The notes under the pieces are model-generated. The model was not told the DNA's origin and made no database searches. It worked only from the letters and a program-made list of their open reading frames with translations. Of a DNA stretch of 24,000 nt, positions 16,116 to 24,000 are shown in pieces. This stretch comes from Rickettsiella sp. (GTDB taxonomy: Bacteria; Pseudomonadota; Gammaproteobacteria; Diplorickettsiales; Diplorickettsiaceae), in assembly GCA_964417555.1 (NCBI GenBank), contig CAYQIM010000038.1, positions 143,887 through 167,886 of the forward strand, in the 5' to 3' direction. Positions within the stretch are counted from its first letter, which is position 1. Every line of letters starts with the position of its first letter. The translations under genes were made by a program, and so were the position numbers.

Positions 16116-17876
16116 ATGAAGCATATTATTCAACAAGAAATCAAAGCGGCTTTAGCAGAGGATGAGATCGCTATTTCACTCCCTTTGGTTATTCAAGTGG
16201 AGTATGCAAGGGATAAATCACATGGAGATTTCTCTAGTAATATTGCTTTATTGCTTGCTAAATCTTTAAAAAAGCAACCGCGGCAGTTAGCTGAGCAAAT
16301 AATAGCCAATATTGATTGTTCTAAACTCACTTCGGTAATCGAAAAGGTTGAAGTAGCTGGCCCAGGGTTTATTAACTTTTTTTTAAAAAAAACGGCATGG
16401 TATCCTGTTGTTAAGCAGATTTTAACGCAAGAAAAACAATTTGGCACCTCAGAAATAGGAAAAAACGAACGAATACTTGTGGAGTTTGTTTCAGCAAATC
16501 CTACGGGTCCTTTACATGTAGGACATGGTCGAGGTGCGGCTTATGGTGATGCTTTAGTAAGATTATTGAGAACGGTGGGTTATCAAGCTCATGCAGAATA
16601 CTACGTTAACGATGCGGGCCGCCAAATGGATATTTTAGCGACCAGTGTTTGGCTGCGTTATTTAGAGGTATGTGGAGATGAATTTGTTTTTCCAAGTGAT
16701 GCTTATCGAGGTGCTTATGTTCGTGAAATCGCGAACGGTCTTTTATCCCAGTATGGACAACAGTTTTATAAGCCAATTGCACAGGTATTTGAAGACCTTC
16801 CTGTCGACGAGCCACAAGGTGGCGATAAGGAAGTTTATATTGATGCCCTAATTTTAAAAGCAAAAAGCTTGTTAGGGGCAACTGATTACCAAAAAATATT
16901 TGAGGCGGGTTTAAATGGAATTTTAGATGATATTAAAGAGGATCTGAGTGCTTTTAGAGTTATTTTTGATGGTTGGTTTTCAGAAAATAGTTTATTTAAG
17001 ACAGGTTTTGTAAACAAAACGGTGGAACGATTAAAAGCGGGCGGTCACACTTATGAAGCTTCAGGCGCATTATGGTTTAAATCAACAGCGTTTGGAGATG
17101 ATAAGGACCGAGTATTAATCCGAGAGAATGGACAACCTACTTATTTCGCAGCAGATGCGGCCTATCGGCTTGCCATTTTTGAGGATCGAGGTTTCAAAAG
17201 GATGGTTAATGTATTAGGCGCGGATCATCATGGCTATGTTGCTAGAATACAGGCCGTTATCCAGGCGCTAGGTTATTCAAAAACCAACTTGACAGCATTG
17301 TTGGTTCAGTTCGCCATTCTTTATCGTGGTGATAAAAAAATTCAGATGTCTACGCGTAGTGGAGAATTTATTACTTTACGTGAATTGCGTGAGGAAGTAG
17401 GTACGGATGCTGCACGGTTTTTTTATGTGTTGCGCCGTGCAGAGCAACATATGGATTTTGATCTAGAACTTGCGAAGGAACAATCGAATGCTAATCCGGT
17501 TTATTATGTACAGTATGCTTATGCACGAATTTGTAGTGTGTTGCGTCAGCTCAAAACAAAACAATTCCATTGGGATAAAACAATGGGTATCGATTCACTA
17601 GAACAATTAAAAGAAGAGCAAGAAATCGACCTATTAGTTTTGTTGAACCGTTATCCAGAAATGTTAGAACAAGCCGCAAATTACTACGAGCCGCACATAG
17701 TAGCGAATTATTTACGAGATTTAGCGCAGACTTTTCACGCTTATTATAACCAACATATTTTTCTAGTCGAGGAAACTGCATTGCGAAATGCGCGTTTGAA
17801 TTTAATAGCTGCGACTCAACAAGTGATACAGAATGGTTTAACTTTATTAGGCGTAGAAACGCTAGAAGTGATGTAA
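16116..17876 (+). CDS. argS: Arginine--tRNA ligase
   Basis: The 586-aa ORF has the class-I HIGH variant NPTGPLHVGHGRG, a MSTRSG (KMSKS-equivalent) motif and a DALR anticodon-binding C-terminus. Confidence 0.97.
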   Translation: MKHIIQQEIKAALAEDEIAISLPLVIQVEYARDKSHGDFSSNIALLLAKSLKKQPRQLAEQIIANIDCSKLTSVIEKVEVAGPGFINFFLKKTAWYPVVKQILTQEKQFGTSEIGKNERILVEFVSANPTGPLHVGHGRGAAYGDALVRLLRTVGYQAHAEYYVNDAGRQMDILATSVWLRYLEVCGDEFVFPSDAYRGAYVREIANGLLSQYGQQFYKPIAQVFEDLPVDEPQGGDKEVYIDALILKAKSLLGATDYQKIFEAGLNGILDDIKEDLSAFRVIFDGWFSENSLFKTGFVNKTVERLKAGGHTYEASGALWFKSTAFGDDKDRVLIRENGQPTYFAADAAYRLAIFEDRGFKRMVNVLGADHHGYVARIQAVIQALGYSKTNLTALLVQFAILYRGDKKIQMSTRSGEFITLRELREEVGTDAARFFYVLRRAEQHMDFDLELAKEQSNANPVYYVQYAYARICSVLRQLKTKQFHWDKTMGIDSLEQLKEEQEIDLLVLLNRYPEMLEQAANYYEPHIVANYLRDLAQTFHAYYNQHIFLVEETALRNARLNLIAATQQVIQNGLTLLGVETLEVM

Positions 17877-18556
17877 TGGCTAAAGATTATGCGAAATATC
17901 AGACTTATCAAAGATCACGCTCTTCTCGTGGACGTCTTTGGTTAATATTAGGGTTAGCATTCGTCTTACTTCTTTTAGGGTTGTTTTTCTTAAAAAATCA
18001 TCATAAACAGGGAATTGCGCAGCAAACTGCAGATAAATTAACGAAAAAAAAATTAGGAGCGCCAGCACCTAAACCACCAGAACCAAAATTTGATTTTTAT
18101 AATATTTTGCCGCAAGATAATCTAACTTTAGCCTCTCAAGCCACGGATGATGTTGCGCTTTCTTCGATGGATCCATCAATAACGGCTATTACAAATAAAA
18201 CGGATCCTGACCCTTCTCATTTTAAAAAAACATTAGATAACTTGCTGGATACAACACCAGAACAGCTTGCAATTGCAGAGGCTAAAAAGCAATTGGACCA
18301 GGAAATGAGCCAGTTAAACAATAATGCCTACCTCCTTGTATTAGGAAATTTTCAAGACTCAGCTCAAGCGGAGCAATATCAAGCGCAGGCACTTCTAAAA
18401 GGATTTCCGGTACAGAGCAAGGTGAATAGGGTAAATGGAGGCATAACTTACCAACTTTTTATGGGACCTTATACCAATCTGGCAGCCGCTTCCCAGGTGC
18501 AGAAACGGTTAAATACCGCTGGAATGCAGGTGGCTTTATTGAAATTAAATTTATAG
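17876..18556 (+). CDS. SPOR-domain bitopic membrane protein, FtsN-like
   Basis: Its ATG overlaps the argS stop (TAATG). It has a basic N-terminus, one TM segment (LWLILGLAFVLLLLGLFFL), a low-complexity linker and a C-terminal SPOR-like domain (YLLVLGNFQDSAQAEQ...YQLFMGPY). Its position directly upstream of hslVU matches ftsN-hslVU synteny in E. coli. Confidence 0.7.
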   Translation: MAKDYAKYQTYQRSRSSRGRLWLILGLAFVLLLLGLFFLKNHHKQGIAQQTADKLTKKKLGAPAPKPPEPKFDFYNILPQDNLTLASQATDDVALSSMDPSITAITNKTDPDPSHFKKTLDNLLDTTPEQLAIAEAKKQLDQEMSQLNNNAYLLVLGNFQDSAQAEQYQAQALLKGFPVQSKVNRVNGGITYQLFMGPYTNLAAASQVQKRLNTAGMQVALLKLNL

Positions 18557-18558
18557 GG

Positions 18559-18587
18559 CTTGAAAATGAGCATGAGAGCCACCACTA
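18559..18587 (+). promoter_or_regulatory. Sigma32-like heat-shock promoter candidate for hslVU
   Basis: CTTGAAA (18559-18565), a 14-nt spacer and CACCACTA (18580-18587) compare with the CTTGAAA-N13-15-CCCCATNT consensus. The -35 is perfect and the -10 is partial. hslVU is a sigma32 regulon member in E. coli. Confidence 0.35.
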
Positions 18588-18591
18588 ATAA

Positions 18592-18732
18592 GGACGTGCC
18601 ACCAAATTCACGATGACGGCCAAGAAACGTTGTTTTCCATGTTTCGTTACCCACATATTTCGTGTGTGATCTGTTACGTTACTCGAAAAATAACGTTTTT
18701 TGTCCTGTCCTGACGCATTTGAAGGCACGTTC
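18592..18732 (+). repeat. MITE-like palindromic intergenic element, copy 3 (141 bp, most diverged)
   Basis: It aligns along its full length with copies 1 and 2. TAA lies at 18589-18591 on the left and AAA on the right. It sits between the sigma32-like promoter and the hslV start. Confidence 0.85.
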
Positions 18733-18769
18733 AAAGCGTTTGAATTTCTACAAAATAAAAGGGTAAGCC

Positions 18770-19324
18770 GTGGCTTTACATGGTACAACAATATTATTGG
18801 TTCGAAGAGACAATAAAGTCGTTATAGGTGGAGATGGGCAAGTCACCTTAGGAAACGCGATTGTATTAAAGGGTAATGCGCGTAAAGTTCGGAAACTATA
18901 TAACGAGCAGGTATTAGTTGGGTTTGCGGGAGCGACTGCAGATGCGTTTACCTTGCTTGATTTATTTGAGGGAAAATTGCAAAAACATCAAGGAAATTTA
19001 TTACGTGCTGCGCTTGAATTGGCTAAAGATTGGCGTACGGACCGTATCTTACGCCGTTTAGAAGCGATGTTAGCGGTTGCTGATAAAGATAAATCGTTAG
19101 TATTAAGTGGTAATGGAGATGTTATTGAACCTGAGCATGATCTTATTGCTATTGGTTCTGGTGGAGCCTACGCTCAATCAGCAGCGTTGGCTTTATTGCA
19201 AAATACAAAATTAGGGGCGCGTAGTATTGTTGAAAAAAGTTTAAGTATTGCTGCTGATATTTGTGTTTTCACTAATCATCAACGTACGCTTGAAGAAATT
19301 GATTCCAATGTCACTAAAAAATAA
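18770..19324 (+). CDS. hslV: ATP-dependent protease subunit HslV
   Basis: The 184-aa ORF has a GTG start, then MALHG followed by TTILLVRR. The catalytic Thr follows a short pro-peptide. It has GDGQVTLG and [12 protein letters not shown] blocks, and an AAGGG Shine-Dalgarno upstream. Confidence 0.95.
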   Translation: MALHGTTILLVRRDNKVVIGGDGQVTLGNAIVLKGNARKVRKLYNEQVLVGFAGATADAFTLLDLFEGKLQKHQGNLLRAALELAKDWRTDRILRRLEAMLAVADKDKSLVLSGNGDVIEPEHDLIAIGSGGAYAQSAALALLQNTKLGARSIVEKSLSIAADICVFTNHQRTLEEIDSNVTKK

Positions 19325-19355
19325 AAATATTTTTTCTACATTCTATTAACCAACA

Positions 19356-20831
19356 ATGACAACTCATTCATTTAATTTATCTAATCTACCTACTAGTGAA
19401 ACTTCTGAAATAATGAAAGAAGATGATGCTTATTTTCCAGAAGAATGTTCAGATAATCCGGAAAAGCTTTCCGAGATTCCCATGCTTAAAAAAGTTGATA
19501 TGACTCCAAAGCAGATTGTGGAAGAGCTAGATCGTTATATTATTGGTCAAAACGATGCTAAGCGAGCCATCGCGATTGCTTTACGTAATCGTAAGCGTCG
19601 TATGTTGCTGGAACCTGAGTTGAGGGAGGAAGTAACTCCTAAAAACATACTCATGATAGGCCCTTCAGGAGTAGGTAAAACTGAAATTGGGCGACGCGCG
19701 GCTAAAATTACTGAGTGTCCTTTTTTAAAAGTGGAAGCAACTAAGTTTACTGAGGTGGGTTATATCGGACGTGATGTAGATTCTATTCCTAGAGATTTAG
19801 TTGATTCTGCTTTTAAGCATTTACGCGAAGAAGAAATTACCCGATTACAACCGCAAGTTTTAGAGGCGGCAGAAAACAAAGTGATTGATTATTTTGTGCC
19901 ACCTATACGTAAGACAAATTCGGAGGAGTCCGATGACCTTAAGAAAAAGGAAAAATCTATCGCGCGCACTGTTTTTCGTAAACAATTACGTGAAGGCCTT
20001 CTGGATGAAAGAGAAATTGAAATAGATCTTGCTGCGTTACCTGTTGGCGTGGAGATTATGGGTCCGCCGGGTATGGAAGAGATGACGAACCAATTGCAAA
20101 GTATGCTACAGAATATTGGCACTTCGCGATCAAGAACCGTTCGCATGAAAGTAAAAGATGCTCTTTCTGCTATACAAAAGGAAGAAGCTGGTAAATTATT
20201 AAATGAAGAAGAGTTGAAACGTAAAGCTATTGAATGGGTAGAACAATATGGCATAGTGTTTATTGATGAGATTGATAAAGTATGTCGACGAAATGAAATG
20301 AGTGGTGCCGACGTTTCTCGCGAAGGAGTGCAGCGTGATCTTTTACCACTTATCGAAGGTTGTACCGTTTCTACTAAATACGGTATGATAAGGACAGATC
20401 ATATTCTATTTATTGCGGCCGGCGCTTTCCATTTAGCTAAACCATCAGATTTGGTCCCTGAATTACAGGGACGGTTACCAATTCGAGTTGAATTAAAGGC
20501 ATTAACCGCAGAGGATTTTAGGCGTATTTTGACGGAGCCGAAAGCTTCTTTAATTGCTCAATATAAAGCTTTAATGGCAACAGAAGGAATTGAATTGAAT
20601 TTTGATGAGTCGTCTATCAAGCGGATTGCTGAAATTGCCTATGATGTTAATGAAAAGACAGAAAATATTGGCGCACGCCGCTTATATACAGTAATGGAAC
20701 GTTTGCTTGAAGAAATATCTTTCAATGCGGCTGATTATAAGGAGGAATATATGAAAATTGATGTTGACTATGTTAATCAACATCTAGCCAGCTTAGCGGA
20801 TGACCAAGATCTTAATCATTTTATTTTATAA
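19356..20831 (+). CDS. hslU: ATP-dependent protease ATPase subunit HslU (start uncertain; a start at 19500 gives the canonical 443 aa)
   Basis: It has Walker [14 protein letters not shown], Walker [10 protein letters not shown], and I-domain and sensor regions. The canonical HslU N-terminus [17 protein letters not shown] begins at codon 49 of the listed ORF. Confidence 0.95.
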   Translation: MTTHSFNLSNLPTSETSEIMKEDDAYFPEECSDNPEKLSEIPMLKKVDMTPKQIVEELDRYIIGQNDAKRAIAIALRNRKRRMLLEPELREEVTPKNILMIGPSGVGKTEIGRRAAKITECPFLKVEATKFTEVGYIGRDVDSIPRDLVDSAFKHLREEEITRLQPQVLEAAENKVIDYFVPPIRKTNSEESDDLKKKEKSIARTVFRKQLREGLLDEREIEIDLAALPVGVEIMGPPGMEEMTNQLQSMLQNIGTSRSRTVRMKVKDALSAIQKEEAGKLLNEEELKRKAIEWVEQYGIVFIDEIDKVCRRNEMSGADVSREGVQRDLLPLIEGCTVSTKYGMIRTDHILFIAAGAFHLAKPSDLVPELQGRLPIRVELKALTAEDFRRILTEPKASLIAQYKALMATEGIELNFDESSIKRIAEIAYDVNEKTENIGARRLYTVMERLLEEISFNAADYKEEYMKIDVDYVNQHLASLADDQDLNHFIL

Positions 20832-20834
20832 ACA

Positions 20835-21197
20835 ATGACTTCCCCATGCCCTATTGAGATTAAACTCTTGCAAAAAAAGAGAATTTTAGAAATTGAGTTT
20901 GATAATGGGGAAAGATTTTTTTTATCGTGTAAGTATTTACGTGTATTTTCACCCTCAGCTGATGTCAAAGGCCATGCTCAATTGGAAGGGAAATTAGTTA
21001 TAGGTAAAAAAGCTGTTAATATCGTTGATATAGAGCCCGTCGGCCATTATGCTATCAAATTATTCTTTGATGATGGCCATGATACAGGACTGTATAGCTG
21101 GGAAACACTTTATGACCTCGCTGTTCATTACAAAGTCTATTGGCAGCGCTATATGCAACGTTTAGAAGCAGTAAAAGCAAGCCGTGAAACAAACTAA
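20835..21197 (+). CDS. DUF971 (gamma-butyrobetaine hydroxylase-like N-terminal domain) protein
   Basis: The 120-aa ORF starts 3 nt after hslU. Its YLRVFSPSADV...VGHYAIKLFFDDGHDTGLYSWETLYDL pattern is typical of DUF971, which commonly follows hslU in gammaproteobacteria. Confidence 0.75.
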   Translation: MTSPCPIEIKLLQKKRILEIEFDNGERFFLSCKYLRVFSPSADVKGHAQLEGKLVIGKKAVNIVDIEPVGHYAIKLFFDDGHDTGLYSWETLYDLAVHYKVYWQRYMQRLEAVKASRETN

Positions 21198-21576
21198 TGG
21201 GGTGTCTCTTTGCAGGAAGGAAGGCAGAAACATATACTTTATGACTGTCATTCTGCTAAATGACGCATATCTAGCTAGCCAATATTTCTTCTCATGATTA
21301 CTCTGCGCAACAGTATAACGGTTCTTCCTACCAATTCTTAAGGTAAATTTTTTATATCTATTATTCAACGAAAATGAGAACTTATATGTAATAATAGTTT
21401 ATATGTTAATATGCTCTGAAACGAATTATAAAAAAATTAATTTGAGTCGGCCATCTTACGAAAACTTTTGATTCTTGCAAATTTGAGAGTTGTAATAAAA
21501 AATATTTTTGGCAATTTTTTGCAAATAAATCCCAAAATCCGGAATGTCGCTCGCCCGAATTTTTAATATCTAGAGT

Positions 21577-21843
21577 CTAGTGAATTAGTTTCATACATGA
21601 AAGAACAATCGAAGTTTGGGCGATAGCGGCACCGAGAACCCAGCGGATGAGTTCGTTTTTTAACTCAGCTATTTTAACGTACATCTCAGCAAGTTTATTA
21701 TCTAAATAGAGGCGCGTAACCATTTTATTAGTAACAACTTCAGAAAGTAATTGGGCATGGGTTTCTGCTTGATTTTCAGGAATTCCTACATTTTTCAATT
21801 TATTAGCGTAAGTAAGTGTGTCAAATACAGCTACTTTTTCCAT
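21577..21843 (-). CDS. DUF1640-like small coiled-coil protein with C-terminal TM helix
   Basis: The 88-aa ORF has FDT..YANKLKNVGIPENQAETHAQLL, then a coiled coil, then a hydrophobic tail WVLGAAIAQTSIVLSCMKLI. This pattern matches DUF1640 family members as I recall them. Confidence 0.6.
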   Translation of the reverse strand: MEKVAVFDTLTYANKLKNVGIPENQAETHAQLLSEVVTNKMVTRLYLDNKLAEMYVKIAELKNELIRWVLGAAIAQTSIVLSCMKLIH

Positions 21844-21933
21844 GGGTTCACTCCTGTATTGTAATTATTGGAATTGTCTCATTTAGATTATAACATGTTA
21901 AATTATATTTTTAATATTCAGCGATACAGTGGT

Positions 21934-23139
21934 TCATTTATTTTCCACAACTGTTACTTTTGCGAAACGCCTTTTTCCGACTTGGTAAATGTGAGTAGTA
22001 TTGCTGTGAATTATTAATTTTTTATCTTCAATTTTAACAGCGTCTATTTTAACAGCGCCTGCATCAATTGATCGCAACGCTTCAGAGGTGCTTGCAACTA
22101 AACCGGCTTGTTTTAGCAAATTGGCAACAGATAAGGTGTTATTATCAATGTGTAAAGTAATGGTCTTAATGTCTGTAGGAATAGCGCCTGCTTTGAAGCG
22201 ATGTTCAAATTCTTGTAAAGCCAGTGTGGCAGCTGTTTTACCATGAAAACGCTCGACAATTTCCAAACCTAATTCTACTTTGAAAATACGTGGATTGGCT
22301 CCTTTTTTTGTTTCTTCTTGCATTTGCTTAATATCGGCTATTGTTTTTTTTAGTGAAAGTAATTCATAGTAGCGCCACATCAGTTCATCCGAGATTGACA
22401 TAAGTTTGCCAAACATCTCGGCAGCAGGTTCATTAATTCCTATATAGTTATTGAGAGATTTAGACATTTTTTGTATACCATCAAGTCCTTCTAAGAGAGG
22501 CATCATGATGACAACTTGTGGTGTTTGTTGAAAATGCTTTTGTAATTCTCTCCCCATAAGTAAATTAAATTTTTGGTCGTTACCGCCTAATTCGATATCC
22601 GCTTTTAATACAACAGAATCGTAGCCTTGCAATAGGGGATATAAAAATTCATGAATGGCAATGGGGTGATGATTATGATAACGCTTATGAAAATCGTCAC
22701 GTTCTAGCATTCTAGCAACGGTGTATGTTGCGGCAAGCTTAATTAATTTAGCGACAGAGAGTTTGTTTAGCCATTCTGAATTAAAGCGTAGCTTGGTTTT
22801 TTTATTATCTAAGATTTTACTAAATTGTTCTTGATAGGTTATTGCATTTGCTTTAACTTCTTGGACTGTTAATGGGGGGCGTGTTGTATTTTTTCCGGAA
22901 GGATCACCAATAAGTCCTGTAAAGTCACCAATTAAAAAAACAACTTCATGGCCTAAGTCCTGTAATTGGCGCATTTTATTAATAGGAACAGTATGACCTA
23001 AATGTAAATCGGGGGCTGTGGGGTCAAATCCTGCTTTAACACGCAGAGGCTTTTTTTGAGCTAATTTTTTTTTTAATTCGTCCACAACAAGTATTTCACT
23101 CGTTCCTCGTTGGATGGCTTCGAAAGCGTTATTTGTCAT
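21934..23139 (-). CDS. tyrS: Tyrosine--tRNA ligase
   Basis: The 401-aa ORF has the HIGH motif PDLHLGH, the KMSKS motif QKMSKS and a C-terminal S4-like domain. Confidence 0.95.
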   Translation of the reverse strand: MTNNAFEAIQRGTSEILVVDELKKKLAQKKPLRVKAGFDPTAPDLHLGHTVPINKMRQLQDLGHEVVFLIGDFTGLIGDPSGKNTTRPPLTVQEVKANAITYQEQFSKILDNKKTKLRFNSEWLNKLSVAKLIKLAATYTVARMLERDDFHKRYHNHHPIAIHEFLYPLLQGYDSVVLKADIELGGNDQKFNLLMGRELQKHFQQTPQVVIMMPLLEGLDGIQKMSKSLNNYIGINEPAAEMFGKLMSISDELMWRYYELLSLKKTIADIKQMQEETKKGANPRIFKVELGLEIVERFHGKTAATLALQEFEHRFKAGAIPTDIKTITLHIDNNTLSVANLLKQAGLVASTSEALRSIDAGAVKIDAVKIEDKKLIIHSNTTHIYQVGKRRFAKVTVVENK

Positions 23140-23984
23140 GCTGTTTTACCGGCTAATGCTAATGCTTGCGCATAAAGTTTATTTTTTTTTTCGTGCGTTA
23201 TTTTAGACGCAAGTGCGGTTGCTTGTTTAATAGGCAATTCCTTTAATAATAACCCTAAAATTCGTTGTATTTCTAGCTCGTTGGAGGAGGAAGCCTGTTT
23301 ATTTCCTTTTACGAGGACAACAAATTCACCACATTGCTGATTTGTATCGTCAGTGAGCCAATTTTTAAGTTCAGTAAGGTTTCCTTGATGGATAGTTTCA
23401 AAGGTTTTTGTCAATTCTCTTGCGAGGACAACCTGACGCTCTGCGCCAAATATAAGTAGCATATCCTCTATGAGATATAGGATACGGTGTGGTGCTTCAT
23501 AGAAGACAAGCGTTCGCATTTCATGTTGAAAATCTTTTAGTTTTTTTTGTCTGGCCATTTTTTTTTCAGGTAAAAATCCTTCAAAAACAAAACGATCGGA
23601 GTTTAATCCTGAAGCACTCAAGGCGGCTATTAAGGCACAGGGCCCTGGAATAGGAATAACAGGGATTTTATGTTGGCGTGCTTTTTGTACTAAATGATAT
23701 CCCGGATCACTAATTAAAGGAGTCCCTGCATCGCTGATTAAAGCAATGGTTTGATTTTGTAGTAACCGTTTTATCAGCATTTCGCTACGTTCTGATTCAT
23801 TATGTTCATGCAAGGAAAGTATGGGCGCGTTAATTGCAAACTGTGTCAGTAGCTTTCTTGAGTGACGTGTGTCTTCGGCAGCTATGCAATCGACGTGTTT
23901 TAGTGTTTCTATAGCACGTGCACTCATATCCCCCAAATTGCCAATAGGCGTGGCAACAATATACAAGGTTGGGGTTTTTAACAT
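23136..23984 (-). CDS. rsmI: 16S rRNA (cytidine1402-2'-O)-methyltransferase
   Basis: The 282-aa ORF has the tetrapyrrole-methylase-fold N-terminus [21 protein letters not shown]....IAAEDTRHS. It overlaps the tyrS start by 4 nt. Confidence 0.9.
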   Translation of the reverse strand: MLKTPTLYIVATPIGNLGDMSARAIETLKHVDCIAAEDTRHSRKLLTQFAINAPILSLHEHNESERSEMLIKRLLQNQTIALISDAGTPLISDPGYHLVQKARQHKIPVIPIPGPCALIAALSASGLNSDRFVFEGFLPEKKMARQKKLKDFQHEMRTLVFYEAPHRILYLIEDMLLIFGAERQVVLARELTKTFETIHQGNLTELKNWLTDDTNQQCGEFVVLVKGNKQASSSNELEIQRILGLLLKELPIKQATALASKITHEKKNKLYAQALALAGKTA

Positions 23985-24000
23985 AAAATTTTCGCAATAC

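Noticed and set aside
21213-21227. CAGGAAGGAAGGCAG, reminiscent of the GGAAGGAAGCAGCC core of 4.5S/SRP RNA, preceded by GGGGTGTCTC
   Set aside because: There is no complementary 3' strand to close the long SRP helix, and the conserved GGAA tetraloop context is absent.
21162-21368. 68-aa minus-strand ORF
   Set aside because: It overlaps the DUF971 3' end and has no Shine-Dalgarno. Its cysteine- and aromatic-rich sequence looks random.
1-24000. Searched for CRISPR arrays, transposase or integrase genes, toxin-antitoxin pairs and rRNA
   Set aside because: I saw no regularly spaced direct repeats and no recombinase-like ORFs. The tRNA-Ser is not followed by an integrase or an att-like duplication.

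Overview
This window is mostly housekeeping chromosome from an AT-rich gammaproteobacterium. Gene content, synteny and the short HslV pro-peptide resemble Legionellales/Coxiellaceae-type genomes, but that is inference only. Genes recognised, in order: pckA (5'-partial), proC, murU, amgK, dapA, a mini BamC-like lipoprotein, tRNA-Ser(CGA), thpR, short-Q-loop cytochrome bd oxidase (cydA, cydB and an unlisted 35-aa DUF2474-like ORF), a low-GC two-gene islet (421-aa orphan plus LicA/choline-kinase-like phosphotransferase), def, fmt, a doubly frameshifted rsmB, an OmpA-like lipoprotein, a DUF2807 beta-helix protein, argS, an FtsN-like SPOR protein, hslV, hslU, DUF971, DUF1640, tyrS and rsmI. No CRISPR array, transposase, integrase or rRNA is visible. 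The strongest signal not explained by the ORF track is a three-copy, roughly 142-bp MITE-like palindromic element. It has TAA flanking duplications and compensatory arm substitutions. One copy supplies the 3' end of pckA, one sits exactly between two back-to-back stop codons, and one lies in the presumptive hslVU leader after a sigma32-like promoter. Other items worth a second look are the low-GC islet, the rsmB frameshifts (one on a perfect A AAA AAA heptamer), a 48-codon 5' extension of hslU, and a cluster of AGTATACT palindromes and 14-bp direct repeats after cydB.
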